The notes beneath the pieces were generated by a model. That model did no database searches. It was not told the DNA's origin and saw nothing but the letters and a program-made list of their open reading frames with translations. DNA of 64,000 nucleotides from Chloroflexota bacterium. Lineage in GTDB: Bacteria; Chloroflexota; Anaerolineae; Anaerolineales; UBA4823. This document shows, in pieces, positions 18,821 to 28,254 of this stretch (positions are counted from its first letter, which is position 1; each line of letters opens with the position of its first letter). The stretch is from the NCBI GenBank assembly GCA_029265355.1, contig JAJUJL010000002.1, positions 152,879 through 216,878 on the forward strand. Direction: 5' to 3'. The position numbers were made by a program, and so were the translations under genes.

Positions 18821-19102
18821 CTACTTGGATTGTTTGGATTGCTTCTCGGCCCTCAATGCCAGGACAGTGAAGCCCAGGATAGCCAGGATGATCACCTGTC
18901 CAGCGATCAGTCCAATGAGCTCAGCTTCGAGCAGCCAATCCCGCTGGATGTGCAGTACAGTAACAGACCAAGTGCTAATGGCTGTGGCGATGTCGATGAG
19001 GTGTTCCGTCACATACGCCGTGCCTGCCAGCGCCAGAGCAGTAAAGGGAATTGCCAGCAGCAGTGTCCACACCACTGCCGTTGCCCCAACTTTGTTCGCC
19101 AT
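18821..19102 (-). CDS. Small two-TM hypothetical membrane protein
   Basis: AAGGAGGG SD, two hydrophobic segments and its own terminator. Confidence 0.7.
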   Translation of the reverse strand: MANKVGATAVVWTLLLAIPFTALALAGTAYVTEHLIDIATAISTWSVTVLHIQRDWLLEAELIGLIAGQVIILAILGFTVLALRAEKQSKQSK

Positions 19103-19216
19103 TTCGCCCTCCTTTCTTAACTCTTAACCTCGAATACTATTCTGTTTATATGCTATAAGAAAAGGGGGGCTGGGTCAATTGGACAGTCAGCCAATTCAAG
19201 TAGGGAGATTACCCTA

Positions 19217-19873
19217 TTATGGTTCGATCATGCCTTTGCGAATGGCATACTTCACCAGCTCGCTCCGGCTGTGCAGATTGAGTTTTTTCATGATATGCTC
19301 TCGATGCCGGGCGACGGTGTGAGGGCTGATAACCAGCTTTTCAGCAATTTCATCATTAGATAATCCATCTGCCAAAAGCTCCAGCACCTCTTGTTCGCGC
19401 TGCGTAAGATGCGCCCCCCAATCTGATTCTGTCTCCGTGCGCTCCTGCCCGAGGTAATCACCCACCAAGATCGTTGCCAGGGTGGGGTAAATGTACACAT
19501 GTCCTTCGTGCGCTGCACGTATGGCTGCGATGAGATCTTGCGGGGCGGCGCGTTTGGGAACATAGCCAGAAGCCCCGGCTTTGAGCATTTCAAAGAAATG
19601 CTGCTCATCTTCATGAATGGTCAGTGCGATGACATCGATCTCCGGAAAATTCGTTTTGATGAGCCTTGTCGTTTCGATGCCAGATAAATCCGGCAGCGAT
19701 AAATCCATAATGATCATATCCGGCGCCAGGGTTTGCGCAAGGCTTATCGCCTGCCTGCCGGTGCTGGCCTCGCCGACAATCTGCATGTCTGATTGGTTCT
19801 CCAGCAACATGCGCAGGCCGGTGCGGACGATCTCATGATCATCGACCAAAAGTAAAGTGATTTTATTATTCAT
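19217..19873 (-). CDS. NarL/LuxR family response regulator
   Basis: LVDDH, MDLSLP and GYVPK receiver motifs; LTQREQEVL...IMKKL HTH. Confidence 0.95.
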   Translation of the reverse strand: MNNKITLLLVDDHEIVRTGLRMLLENQSDMQIVGEASTGRQAISLAQTLAPDMIIMDLSLPDLSGIETTRLIKTNFPEIDVIALTIHEDEQHFFEMLKAGASGYVPKRAAPQDLIAAIRAAHEGHVYIYPTLATILVGDYLGQERTETESDWGAHLTQREQEVLELLADGLSNDEIAEKLVISPHTVARHREHIMKKLNLHSRSELVKYAIRKGMIEP

Positions 19874-21353
19874 CGTTGGCGGCTTGCTCCACCAGAGGCA
19901 CTTTAACCTCGACGCGCGTCCCTCTACCGGGCTGCGACAAAATGGTGCACTCGCCTCCCAACAAAGTCGCGCGCTCGATCATTCCGATCAATCCCCAACA
20001 GCCACTCTGTTTTCCTTGTGCAAGAATGGATTGAACTTCAAAGCCTTTTCCATTATCTTCAATGATCAAGTGGACCGAGGATGGGTATTGTTTTACCTCG
20101 ACTGAAACATAACTGCAGCCTGAGTGGCGGGCAGCATTGGTAATCGCTTCTTGAGCAATGCGGAACAATGTCAGTCGGATGTCGTCCGACAGTTGTATCT
20201 TCTCGCCATGGTTAATGACCCGAATATCCAGGCTAAATTGAGAGCGAATTTTACCGGCATACCAGCGCAGGGCCGCCATTAAGCCCAGGTCATCCAGTTG
20301 GGGCGGGTGAAGTCCGCTGATCATGCGCTGCAGATTATCCAGCCCGGTGGTAGCCAGTGTCTCGAGCTGTTTGGCCTGCTGTATGGCGCGCTTTGGGTCG
20401 CGGTCGATTGTTTCCCCCATGCCGCGCAACCCCAGGCTGAGGGCGGTCAATACCTGGCCCGTGTCATCGTGCAGCTCGCGAGCAACGCGTTGGCGCTCAG
20501 CCTCTTGAGCGCGTACGGTGCGGTGGAGCAGTTCTGCGTTTAATTCGTGCAATTTTTGGGCGTCACGGATCTTGTTTTCGCGCAGTTCTTCAATCTGGCG
20601 GGAGGTCATCACCTCGATTGCTCGCAGGGAACGGATAATAAATACTGCGATCAAGCATGCCATGAGCATGCGAAACACCTGCACGGGAAATCCGAACAGG
20701 TTGATAAAAGTTTGTGTGGTAAGCCAGGCATGCTTGAGAATATCTTCAGGGGCAGAAAAAGATTGTCCAACACCGCCGTACAGGGCAAAGGCCAGGGCAG
20801 CTAAAAGTAAATCATTGCCAAACTGCTGCAGTCCCCCTTCTGAGAGCTTTCTTTGTTGGAGGATCAGCCCCCAGGTGGTGAGGGCGGCGCCGGGTATTGC
20901 CAATGCATAGCGGGTGTACACATCCGCAGCCGCGTAACGTATGCTGACTACCTGGTCGCTGGTGAGAACGATCAATAAACCGATCGAATAAACCCCGAAA
21001 GTCGCCAGCACCAGTCCCAGGTACCAACGCCTTTTTTTGGGTCCGATGATTAACCGGCTGCCATAAACGATCAGCATCATAAAAGACGATGCCAATAGAA
21101 AGAGCCGAGTTATGACGATAGCTTCTTGCACGAGAGTTGGCCTCGACAATTGGGCCAGGAAAATCAAATACATCTCGAACCATTCGTGCGAGCCATGAAT
21201 CAGGCCAAACAGTCCTAAGGGGCGCAGAGCTCTGGAGAACTCAATTTCCGGCGAGCGGCTGGCCTCGATCCAGATGACCAGCCCCATCGCAAAGAATGAC
21301 AGGCCATAGATAAAAAAAACTTCGATGATATGGGCCTGGAAAAACGCTACCAC
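19866..21353 (-). CDS. Membrane sensor histidine kinase (HisKA_3, NarX-like core) with a multi-TM sensor
   Basis: ERQRVARELHDDTGQ, QEAITNAARHS, EDNGKGF and GLIGMIERA; about 7 N-terminal TMs. Confidence 0.93.
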   Translation of the reverse strand: MVAFFQAHIIEVFFIYGLSFFAMGLVIWIEASRSPEIEFSRALRPLGLFGLIHGSHEWFEMYLIFLAQLSRPTLVQEAIVITRLFLLASSFMMLIVYGSRLIIGPKKRRWYLGLVLATFGVYSIGLLIVLTSDQVVSIRYAAADVYTRYALAIPGAALTTWGLILQQRKLSEGGLQQFGNDLLLAALAFALYGGVGQSFSAPEDILKHAWLTTQTFINLFGFPVQVFRMLMACLIAVFIIRSLRAIEVMTSRQIEELRENKIRDAQKLHELNAELLHRTVRAQEAERQRVARELHDDTGQVLTALSLGLRGMGETIDRDPKRAIQQAKQLETLATTGLDNLQRMISGLHPPQLDDLGLMAALRWYAGKIRSQFSLDIRVINHGEKIQLSDDIRLTLFRIAQEAITNAARHSGCSYVSVEVKQYPSSVHLIIEDNGKGFEVQSILAQGKQSGCWGLIGMIERATLLGGECTILSQPGRGTRVEVKVPLVEQAANDE

Positions 21354-21358
21354 ATTTC

Positions 21359-22567
21359 CTACCGTTCAGGCGCTCCCTGGTTTATCCAATCAATCACGCG
21401 CCCCAGTTCATCGGCGGAGAGCTGACCAGGGTGACCACCGGCCCGTTGTACCTGTACCAGTACACTTTCCTCGGCGTCGCCAGGCACGATAGCTGGGCCG
21501 CTGTTGCCGCCTTTGATGGCCTGTTCCAGTGTAGCCAGGGAAAGGCCACCAACGCTGGTAATGCCATGACAGGTGCCGCAGCGGTTTCGGAAAAGCGCCT
21601 CATACTGGCCTGACCAGGTATTCGCGCCCACCCCCTGGCCGGGTTCCGGCGTCGGCAGGGGTGTAGGGGTGGGTCTTGGCGTAGGTGTGAGGGGCACAAA
21701 GACTGCAACGCTCTCTCCCCGATTGATAGTTTGAATAGCAGTTTCCTCAAATGTGACAAAAGAGACAATTCCCAAGCCTAATAGCAATGCGAAACCTGCT
21801 GCAAAAGGAGCAAATATCTGTTGCCGCTTGCGCAGCATGGTTGGCTCAGGGTCGGTTTGGTTGCTGCCCGACTCTAGCTGCGCTAATTCAGCAGGGTGCT
21901 CGTGTTCCATTTCTTCACGGGTGAGCTTCCCAGTAAACATACTCTTATTGAACTTTTTCAAGTGAACATGATAGAAATGCCAGATAAGAATGGAGAGCAC
22001 GGCGAGCAATGCTTCACCGCCATGCGCTGCTTTCGCCGCTGGTATCCATTGTCCAGGCAGGAATCTGGCAGTGGCGATCGGATTCCACATCATAAAACCG
22101 GTTATCGCCATCACCAGGGTGCCCCACACCACTGCCAGGTATTCGACCTTTTCAGCGTAATTGAATCTTCCGTAATAGCCTTTGTGCTTGCGCATGCCCA
22201 GGTAATAGCCCAGGTCCTGGAATAAATGTTTAAAATCATCCAGCAAGGGCAGCATAGTCAGCGGAGACCGTAGCACATAGATGCGATAGGCGACGGCAAT
22301 GACATGATAGACACTGACGATCATCAAGGCAATCGCGGAGATGTGATGGATCTGGCGCGCCGATTCGATGCCGCCGAAAATGCGCAGCACAAAATCGCTC
22401 CATTGTTGGGTAGGGTATTTTTGCGGCAGGCCCGTGATTCCCAGTAAAGTGAAAGAAACCAACAGGACGAAGTGTTCGATTCGCTGAGAGAGGCTGAAGC
22501 GAGTATAAGTCTTCTCGTTTTTCATGGCAGGGGCGTCAGCGATGGAGGAAGAATTCAGGTCATTCAT
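21359..22567 (-). CDS. FdnI-type cytochrome b with a Pro/Thr linker and a C-terminal monoheme c domain
   Basis: QRIEH, GLPQKY, IHH, RFNYAEKVEY, AHGGEA and WHFYHVH; PTPRPTPTP linker; CGTCH...GPAIVPGD. Start at ATG 22567 overlaps the upstream stop. Confidence 0.85.
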   Translation of the reverse strand: MNDLNSSSIADAPAMKNEKTYTRFSLSQRIEHFVLLVSFTLLGITGLPQKYPTQQWSDFVLRIFGGIESARQIHHISAIALMIVSVYHVIAVAYRIYVLRSPLTMLPLLDDFKHLFQDLGYYLGMRKHKGYYGRFNYAEKVEYLAVVWGTLVMAITGFMMWNPIATARFLPGQWIPAAKAAHGGEALLAVLSILIWHFYHVHLKKFNKSMFTGKLTREEMEHEHPAELAQLESGSNQTDPEPTMLRKRQQIFAPFAAGFALLLGLGIVSFVTFEETAIQTINRGESVAVFVPLTPTPRPTPTPLPTPEPGQGVGANTWSGQYEALFRNRCGTCHGITSVGGLSLATLEQAIKGGNSGPAIVPGDAEESVLVQVQRAGGHPGQLSADELGRVIDWINQGAPER

Positions 22568-23849
22568 TGCCGGCCTCGTTGTTGGGGGTTGAATTATCCT
22601 CAGCCGGCGCCGGCTGCTGTTCAGCTGTTTCATGGGTTTCAGAGGCGGGTCGTTTTTGTCGCCTTTCTCGGAAACGATTGAGCGTTGATCGGCCAAAATC
22701 AAGGCCTACCAGTATCGCAAATCCACCCAGAACGGTGGGGATAAGAAATTGATAGAACAGGTTGATGTAATAAACTGCCGGCGTCTTTTCTGGAGAAGGG
22801 ATGTAATGGGATAGCCACGCATCCGGGAAATTTGCGGTTGCGTCTGGATGGCAGACCTGGCAGCGAGCGAGAATGTTTTCTCGCACTTGCAACCCCTTCT
22901 CTGGATCGTCGACGTGCTTGATGTTATGGATTCCGTGGCAATCGTAGCATACGGGCTTATTGGTTTCGGCGTCGGGCGTTTCTTTTTCGAAGAGCACCAC
23001 GGTTGTGCCGTGAAAATCAGCCACATAGGTGTTGAGCACCTCAGTGGATAGGCCGTATTTGGTCATAACTCTTGGATCGGTGTGACACTTCGCGCAAAGC
23101 TGCGGCGAGCTCAACCTGAATTGGGCTGTGGTGGGGTCTTCGATATTGTGCACACCATGGCAATCTATGCAGGTGGGTACATCCTGGTTCCCTTCGCCGA
23201 TCAACGCAGAGCCATGCACACTCTCTCGATAAACCTCGTAGATCGCACTGTGGCATTTAGCGCATGTTTGGGCCGCCCAGATGCCGGTATCCGGGAGTCT
23301 CTCTTTTGTATTTGGATCATTCAGGCGACGCACAGCGTGAGCGCTGTGGCAATCTGTGCAGATAGCTGCTTCACGGATGCCGTTGGCGAAAGCTGTCGAA
23401 TGGACGCTGTCCTGCGCCTGATCGTACTGTGTCTGGTGGCAAAAGCGGCAAGCCTGGTACAGCCGCAGGCTGGCATCGCGCAGATCGACGGCGGTAAAGG
23501 CTTCATGAGGATACTCACCCACTGTTCTGTGGCACTGGACGCAGGCGTACCCCATCTCGCCATGAACAGAATTGTTGTGATCTTCGGCAGGCACGTAGAG
23601 ATCCAGCAATTCACCATTCTGCAGCTCGTAGGTCTGCCCGGGTTGTCCGTGACAGCCCAGGCAGTATTCATCGCTGAGGGATAATCTGGGGTCTGGCTCA
23701 CCCTCCGGCTGGGAGGGCGTTGCGGTCGGCGTGGCATCCTGTCGAGCGCTGCTGGCCTGGACAGTAGCTGTTACACTAAGCAATGCCAGAAAGAGAATTA
23801 CACAAGCAATTCCCAGAAAAAAGTAGCATCGATGTCTCGTAGAGGCCAT
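22560..23849 (-). CDS. Nonaheme cytochrome c, membrane-anchored (CbcL c-domain-like), copy B
   Basis: Signal peptide, nine CxxCH motifs and a C-terminal TM. Confidence 0.88.
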   Translation of the reverse strand: MASTRHRCYFFLGIACVILFLALLSVTATVQASSARQDATPTATPSQPEGEPDPRLSLSDEYCLGCHGQPGQTYELQNGELLDLYVPAEDHNNSVHGEMGYACVQCHRTVGEYPHEAFTAVDLRDASLRLYQACRFCHQTQYDQAQDSVHSTAFANGIREAAICTDCHSAHAVRRLNDPNTKERLPDTGIWAAQTCAKCHSAIYEVYRESVHGSALIGEGNQDVPTCIDCHGVHNIEDPTTAQFRLSSPQLCAKCHTDPRVMTKYGLSTEVLNTYVADFHGTTVVLFEKETPDAETNKPVCYDCHGIHNIKHVDDPEKGLQVRENILARCQVCHPDATANFPDAWLSHYIPSPEKTPAVYYINLFYQFLIPTVLGGFAILVGLDFGRSTLNRFRERRQKRPASETHETAEQQPAPAEDNSTPNNEAGNE

Positions 23850-24586
23850 TACTGGCTTCCTCCAGTTGATTGGCTTTCTGCATTTTCGCCGGTCAGGCGT
23901 TCATATTCCAGCGCGTGATACTCACGCATGTCCCGTTCGTTGAGCCAACCGGTAAATATACTGAGGTTCAACCGCTCAAGATGGACATGGTAAATGTGCC
24001 AGATCAGTACAAAGATAGCGGCAACGATGGCTTCTGTGCTGTGGGCTAATTTTGCGGCTGGTATGATGCCTCCGGGTAGAAACGAGGTCACAGCGATTGG
24101 GAACCAAATAATAAAGCCCGATATTACCATGATACCGATGCCAAAAAACAGAAACCAGTAGGTGATTTTTTGCTCGAAATTATATTTCCGAAACCTGGGC
24201 TTCTCTTTGGTCAAGAAGAGCAAATAGCGCAGCATTTGCCAGGCATCGCTGATGTCCTGCCAATCGGGGAAGATGGCGGATGACAGGCGCCTGCGCGACA
24301 ACAGGTATAGTCCCTTGAACAAGTGATAAGCCACCTCCAGGGTGAGCAAAACTGCAAATATGTGATGAACCTGTTGGATGAAGTTCAATCTTTCCGGCGT
24401 CGATAAGAGATGTTGGCTCCAGGTGGCTGTCCGATATTTTTGCGGCAGCCCGGTGAGGAAGAGCGCCAGGGTACTGATGATAATGATCGTATGTTCCCAC
24501 CTTTGCCCGAGAGAGAAACGATGGAATACCCTTAGTACAGCGGCTTGATCATTCTCGACGGATTTCAGACTCTCAGGTATGCTCAT
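23849..24586 (-). CDS. FdnI-type diheme cytochrome b
   Basis: QRWEH, GLPQKY, VHH, KYNFEQKITY, AHSTEA and WHIYHVH. Start at ATG 24586 in an ATGA overlap. Confidence 0.88.
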   Translation of the reverse strand: MSIPESLKSVENDQAAVLRVFHRFSLGQRWEHTIIIISTLALFLTGLPQKYRTATWSQHLLSTPERLNFIQQVHHIFAVLLTLEVAYHLFKGLYLLSRRRLSSAIFPDWQDISDAWQMLRYLLFLTKEKPRFRKYNFEQKITYWFLFFGIGIMVISGFIIWFPIAVTSFLPGGIIPAAKLAHSTEAIVAAIFVLIWHIYHVHLERLNLSIFTGWLNERDMREYHALEYERLTGENAESQSTGGSQ

Positions 24587-25677
24587 CGCAGAGCCCTCCG
24601 GCCGCGCTCGACAGTGGCGCGAATGATTTGTAGCAGCACATAGATGGCAGAAATCCACAGCACTACAGGCGTAAACGAGGTGTAGAAAAGATTCGTATAG
24701 TAAACAAACGGCGTCCGTTCCCGACTGATTTCATTGTGACCGGTCCACGCGCCAGTCCAATTTGGACCAGCATTGGGGTGACATTTCTGGCAGGTAGCCA
24801 GCAAATTGGCAGGATTGACGGACGAAGCAGGATCATCGGTTTTCAAGATATCGTGCACACCGTGACAGTCGATGCACAAGGCGCTTTCATGCCAGATGGT
24901 TGGCCAACGAGCCTTGTAAACCGTAACATCCACCCCGTGCCACGATAATTTGTAGAGGTTGTACACATCTGCATTCAATCCATACTTCGCCATCAGCTCT
25001 TGATCTGCGTGGCAATTGGCGCACAATTCCGGCGAGGCGATCAGGAAACTTTCCAGCCGCGGATCCTGGATATTGTGCACACCATGACAATCCGTGCACA
25101 CTGGCACGTCCGGATTATCTTCTTGGATCAGCGCGCCGCCGTGGACACTGGTGGCGTATTGATCGTAGATTTCGGTATGACACTTTCCACAGGTTGTTGA
25201 GACTAAGCTGCGCGGGTGATTGGGAGATTTTATGTCATGTGTCCCATGGCAGTCGGTGCAGATCGGAGCGGCAAGATTTCCCGCCTCGGCGACCTGGGCG
25301 TGCATGCTATCCATGGTCTTATCGTAGTTGACAGAATGGCAGCTCTGGCATGCCAGGTAATAGGCGCGTGAAAGGTCTCGCTTAGTCCCATATTCCAACT
25401 TGGGGTGAGGGTAAGTTTGAATTTCTGCGTGGCAGGCATTGCAGGTGATGCCTTTTGCAGCATGGATCGACTGTTCAAGCATCTCGGGAGAGATGTAAAG
25501 GGATAGCGTTTCGCCGCTTTCCATGGTTAAAGTCAGTTCAGGGTTCCCATGGCAAGACAAGCAATATTCTTCTGTACCTTCCGCAAGAGCAGTCGCAGGA
25601 AAAAAGAAGAATACCAGCAAAAGCAGCCCGATGCCAAACCAAAACGTGCGTGAGAGGACGAGTTTATGCATGATCAT
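24583..25677 (-). CDS. Nonaheme cytochrome c, membrane-anchored (CbcL c-domain-like), copy A
   Basis: AGGAG SD before ATG 25677, signal peptide, nine CxxCH motifs and a C-terminal TM. Confidence 0.88.
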   Translation of the reverse strand: MIMHKLVLSRTFWFGIGLLLLVFFFFPATALAEGTEEYCLSCHGNPELTLTMESGETLSLYISPEMLEQSIHAAKGITCNACHAEIQTYPHPKLEYGTKRDLSRAYYLACQSCHSVNYDKTMDSMHAQVAEAGNLAAPICTDCHGTHDIKSPNHPRSLVSTTCGKCHTEIYDQYATSVHGGALIQEDNPDVPVCTDCHGVHNIQDPRLESFLIASPELCANCHADQELMAKYGLNADVYNLYKLSWHGVDVTVYKARWPTIWHESALCIDCHGVHDILKTDDPASSVNPANLLATCQKCHPNAGPNWTGAWTGHNEISRERTPFVYYTNLFYTSFTPVVLWISAIYVLLQIIRATVERGRRALR

Positions 25678-25882
25678 GCAGCGCGTCTCCTTGATTGTGG
25701 TTGATGGGCTTGTTTTCACCATTCTGATTCCCATCCCAATTCTTTGGTGGTTTGGGTGGTTCTTGCAGCAACCCCCACCGACGCAGCAGGTATGTGATGC
25801 CCAGCATGATGAAAAGGGGAATGATGCAGCGCGCCACAAAAAAAAGTATGACGATGAAAGGGTTTGCTCCGGAGTCTTGCAT
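25664..25882 (-). CDS. Small membrane protein (72 aa) heading the cytochrome bc operon
   Basis: AGGAGG SD, one hydrophobic segment, and overlap with the next start. Confidence 0.7.
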   Translation of the reverse strand: MQDSGANPFIVILFFVARCIIPLFIMLGITYLLRRWGLLQEPPKPPKNWDGNQNGENKPINHNQGDALHDHA

Positions 25883-26039
25883 GGCATCCTCCTATATTGC
25901 GGGCTCGGGTCAGAAGATGAGCAGGCCAGGTAAAATAGCCACAATCAAACACCGGTAATTACTCAAAGTATAATCTAAATTTAACTATTTTTAAGATTTA
26001 TGAAGACCCGGCGCACAGGACTCCTGAGTGGCAGCGAGC

Positions 26040-26067
26040 TGTGGACAAGAGCCGGCTCTTGTCCACA
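26040..26067. repeat. Perfect 28-bp palindrome downstream of nrfD
   Basis: TGTGGACAAGAGCCGGCTCTTGTCCACA is its own reverse complement. Confidence 0.8.
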
Positions 26068-26206
26068 TCTCGCCTGCAATCTTCCACATCAAACGCTCGA
26101 GGGAAATTGCTCACGCAATTGAAACAATTAGCGCTCAACAGTTTGTGAGAAGAGGAGAGTGCACGCAGTCAAACTAGCGGTAATTTCCATCAAAGATATC
26201 GACCCA

Positions 26207-27427
26207 TTATTCATGGTGATTGCTGAAGAGCGGCAGGAATTTTACACCCAGGGTCATCATCAGCGCAGCATAGCCGAAAATCCCGATGGCAATGCCAAAC
26301 TCGATCAGGTTTGGCGTGTAAGTACCAGCCGGAACGATGTACTGTGTGCCTGGCGAGTAGCTCAGAGGAACAAACAAGCCGGTCACAGTGACATTCCAGC
26401 GGTTGAAAATGATTCCGATGGCTGCGCAGAGCGCCCCGATGACCAGGTTCAAGGGCTTCTTATTGTATCTTGGCAATAAGAACATCATCACCGGTATCAC
26501 CAGGCCGATGATAATCTCGCCAACCCAGAAGCCGAAGTTGTAGGGAGTCTGTTGGTTCAGCAAGCTCAAGGCTTTGCTCACCGCTGGCGTGCGCCCATAA
26601 TAGGTCACAGCAGCGAGATCCCAAAACTTGAGATAAGCATAGACCAGGAGAGCATAACCGGAGAAGCGGCTGATGGTGCGCAATAGATCATGGGGGACAT
26701 GACGCTTGCCGGTGAGCCACTCAATGATATATGCCATTGCCATGGTCAATGCAGGGCCTACTGCTACGGCCGAGAGGATAAACATGATTGGCATGCTCGG
26801 TTTGAACCAGATTGGCCTGGACTTCACGATGCCGTAGGTCGCTCCCAGTGAAGACTGGTGCAGCAAAGAGACGAAAACGCCTCCCAACGCGAGCACCGGG
26901 GCGACTTTGTGCAGCGTGGAAGCCACCTTACGCAACCAAGGCCAACGATCGAAAAAGGGAGCTTCGACGACAACCGGAAAGAACTCCAGGATCATGATCG
27001 TCAGGTAGATCGTGATACACCAGGTGATTTCCCACAAGACTGAGTGCACATTCCAATAGACCCAGGGATGCCAAAAGCGATCGGGGCGCCCGATGTCCAT
27101 CACGAGTGTCAGGAGGGCGGAGGTGTAGCCGATAAATCCAACGAATACTGCCAGACGGACGATCGGCTGGAAATTTTTTAATCCAAACAGGTAAACGACT
27201 GCGGATAATGTGAAAGCGCCCGCTCCCAATGCGATCGAGGAGAGATCGATTGTGATCCAAAGCCCCCAAGGAATGGTATCGCTCATGTTGGTTATGGTGA
27301 GGCCGTTGCGAAAAACCTCAAAGGCTGAAGCCAATCCGATGAGCAGGCATACAGCAATAAAAGACAGCCAGGATAAAAAGCCAGGGCTGATACCGGGCAG
27401 GCGGCGGAAGAACGTTGTACTTGCCAT
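26207..27427 (-). CDS. NrfD/PsrC family quinone-interacting membrane subunit (HmcC/HybB-like, about 10 TM)
   Basis: PWGLWI, DIGRPDRFWH, SVLWEITWC, LHQSSLG and NRWN motifs. Confidence 0.92.
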   Translation of the reverse strand: MASTTFFRRLPGISPGFLSWLSFIAVCLLIGLASAFEVFRNGLTITNMSDTIPWGLWITIDLSSIALGAGAFTLSAVVYLFGLKNFQPIVRLAVFVGFIGYTSALLTLVMDIGRPDRFWHPWVYWNVHSVLWEITWCITIYLTIMILEFFPVVVEAPFFDRWPWLRKVASTLHKVAPVLALGGVFVSLLHQSSLGATYGIVKSRPIWFKPSMPIMFILSAVAVGPALTMAMAYIIEWLTGKRHVPHDLLRTISRFSGYALLVYAYLKFWDLAAVTYYGRTPAVSKALSLLNQQTPYNFGFWVGEIIIGLVIPVMMFLLPRYNKKPLNLVIGALCAAIGIIFNRWNVTVTGLFVPLSYSPGTQYIVPAGTYTPNLIEFGIAIGIFGYAALMMTLGVKFLPLFSNHHE

Positions 27428-27429
27428 CT

Positions 27430-28254
27430 CTATAGGCCTTCCTTTGGAGGGATATAATAAACACTGGGTTCGGTGCCAAGCTCCTCGCGCAGTCGGAGGG
27501 TGGCGTTATTGGCGATCACTTTTGAGACCGGGCTATCAGGATCTTTTAAATCTCCAAATACGCGCGCTCCGACAGGGCAGGCAACGACACAAGCAGGCGT
27601 GGCTTCAGGATCGACTCCGGGTACGAGGCCTCCAAGTAGACCTGCATCAATGCGGTGCTGGCAGAAGGTGCATTTTTCGATCACACCCCTGGGGCGCCGC
27701 TCAACTTCCGCAATACCCCAGGTGGGTATATAGGGGTTCACATCCGTTCGCTCTTCCCAATTGAACTTGCGGGCATCATACGGGCAAGCCACCTGGCAGT
27801 ACCGGCAACCGATGCAACGTTCATAATCCATAACCACAATGCCATCATCCCGCACATAGGTGGCTCTTACCGGGCACACTTCTGCACAGGGGGCATCCTG
27901 GCAGTGCAAACAAGGGCGGCTGAAGAAGAAAGTGTGTCCCGCGCTGGTCTTTTCTTCTACAACAATGTTCCAGGGCTTGTCGGTGTTGACATCGTTAACC
28001 GCGCTGCACGCGCGCAGGCAGTACTCACACCCGATACATTTATCCAGGTCGATGACCATGCCCCAATGATGTGCGCCATTGGCGTGACCGGTCTTCTCGT
28101 CGCCTTCCAATTGCGCCTGCTTGAGGCGCGAGAATGGCGAGAGTGGGCCCACGGTCAACGCTTGGGCAGCGATTATAGAGCCGGCCGCGGTTCCTGCTAG
28201 GGTGAGGAAATCGCGACGGGTAAGATTTACTTTAACCTTTCGCTTCTTAGCCAT
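27430..28254 (-). CDS. Tat-exported 4x[4Fe-4S] subunit (NrfC/DsrO/HmcB-like)
   Basis: TRRDFL twin-Arg motif; CIGCEYCLRAC, CLHCQDAPC..VCP, CIGCRYCQVACP and KCTFC...CVVACP. Start at ATG 28254. Confidence 0.92.
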   Translation of the reverse strand: MAKKRKVKVNLTRRDFLTLAGTAAGSIIAAQALTVGPLSPFSRLKQAQLEGDEKTGHANGAHHWGMVIDLDKCIGCEYCLRACSAVNDVNTDKPWNIVVEEKTSAGHTFFFSRPCLHCQDAPCAEVCPVRATYVRDDGIVVMDYERCIGCRYCQVACPYDARKFNWEERTDVNPYIPTWGIAEVERRPRGVIEKCTFCQHRIDAGLLGGLVPGVDPEATPACVVACPVGARVFGDLKDPDSPVSKVIANNATLRLREELGTEPSVYYIPPKEGL

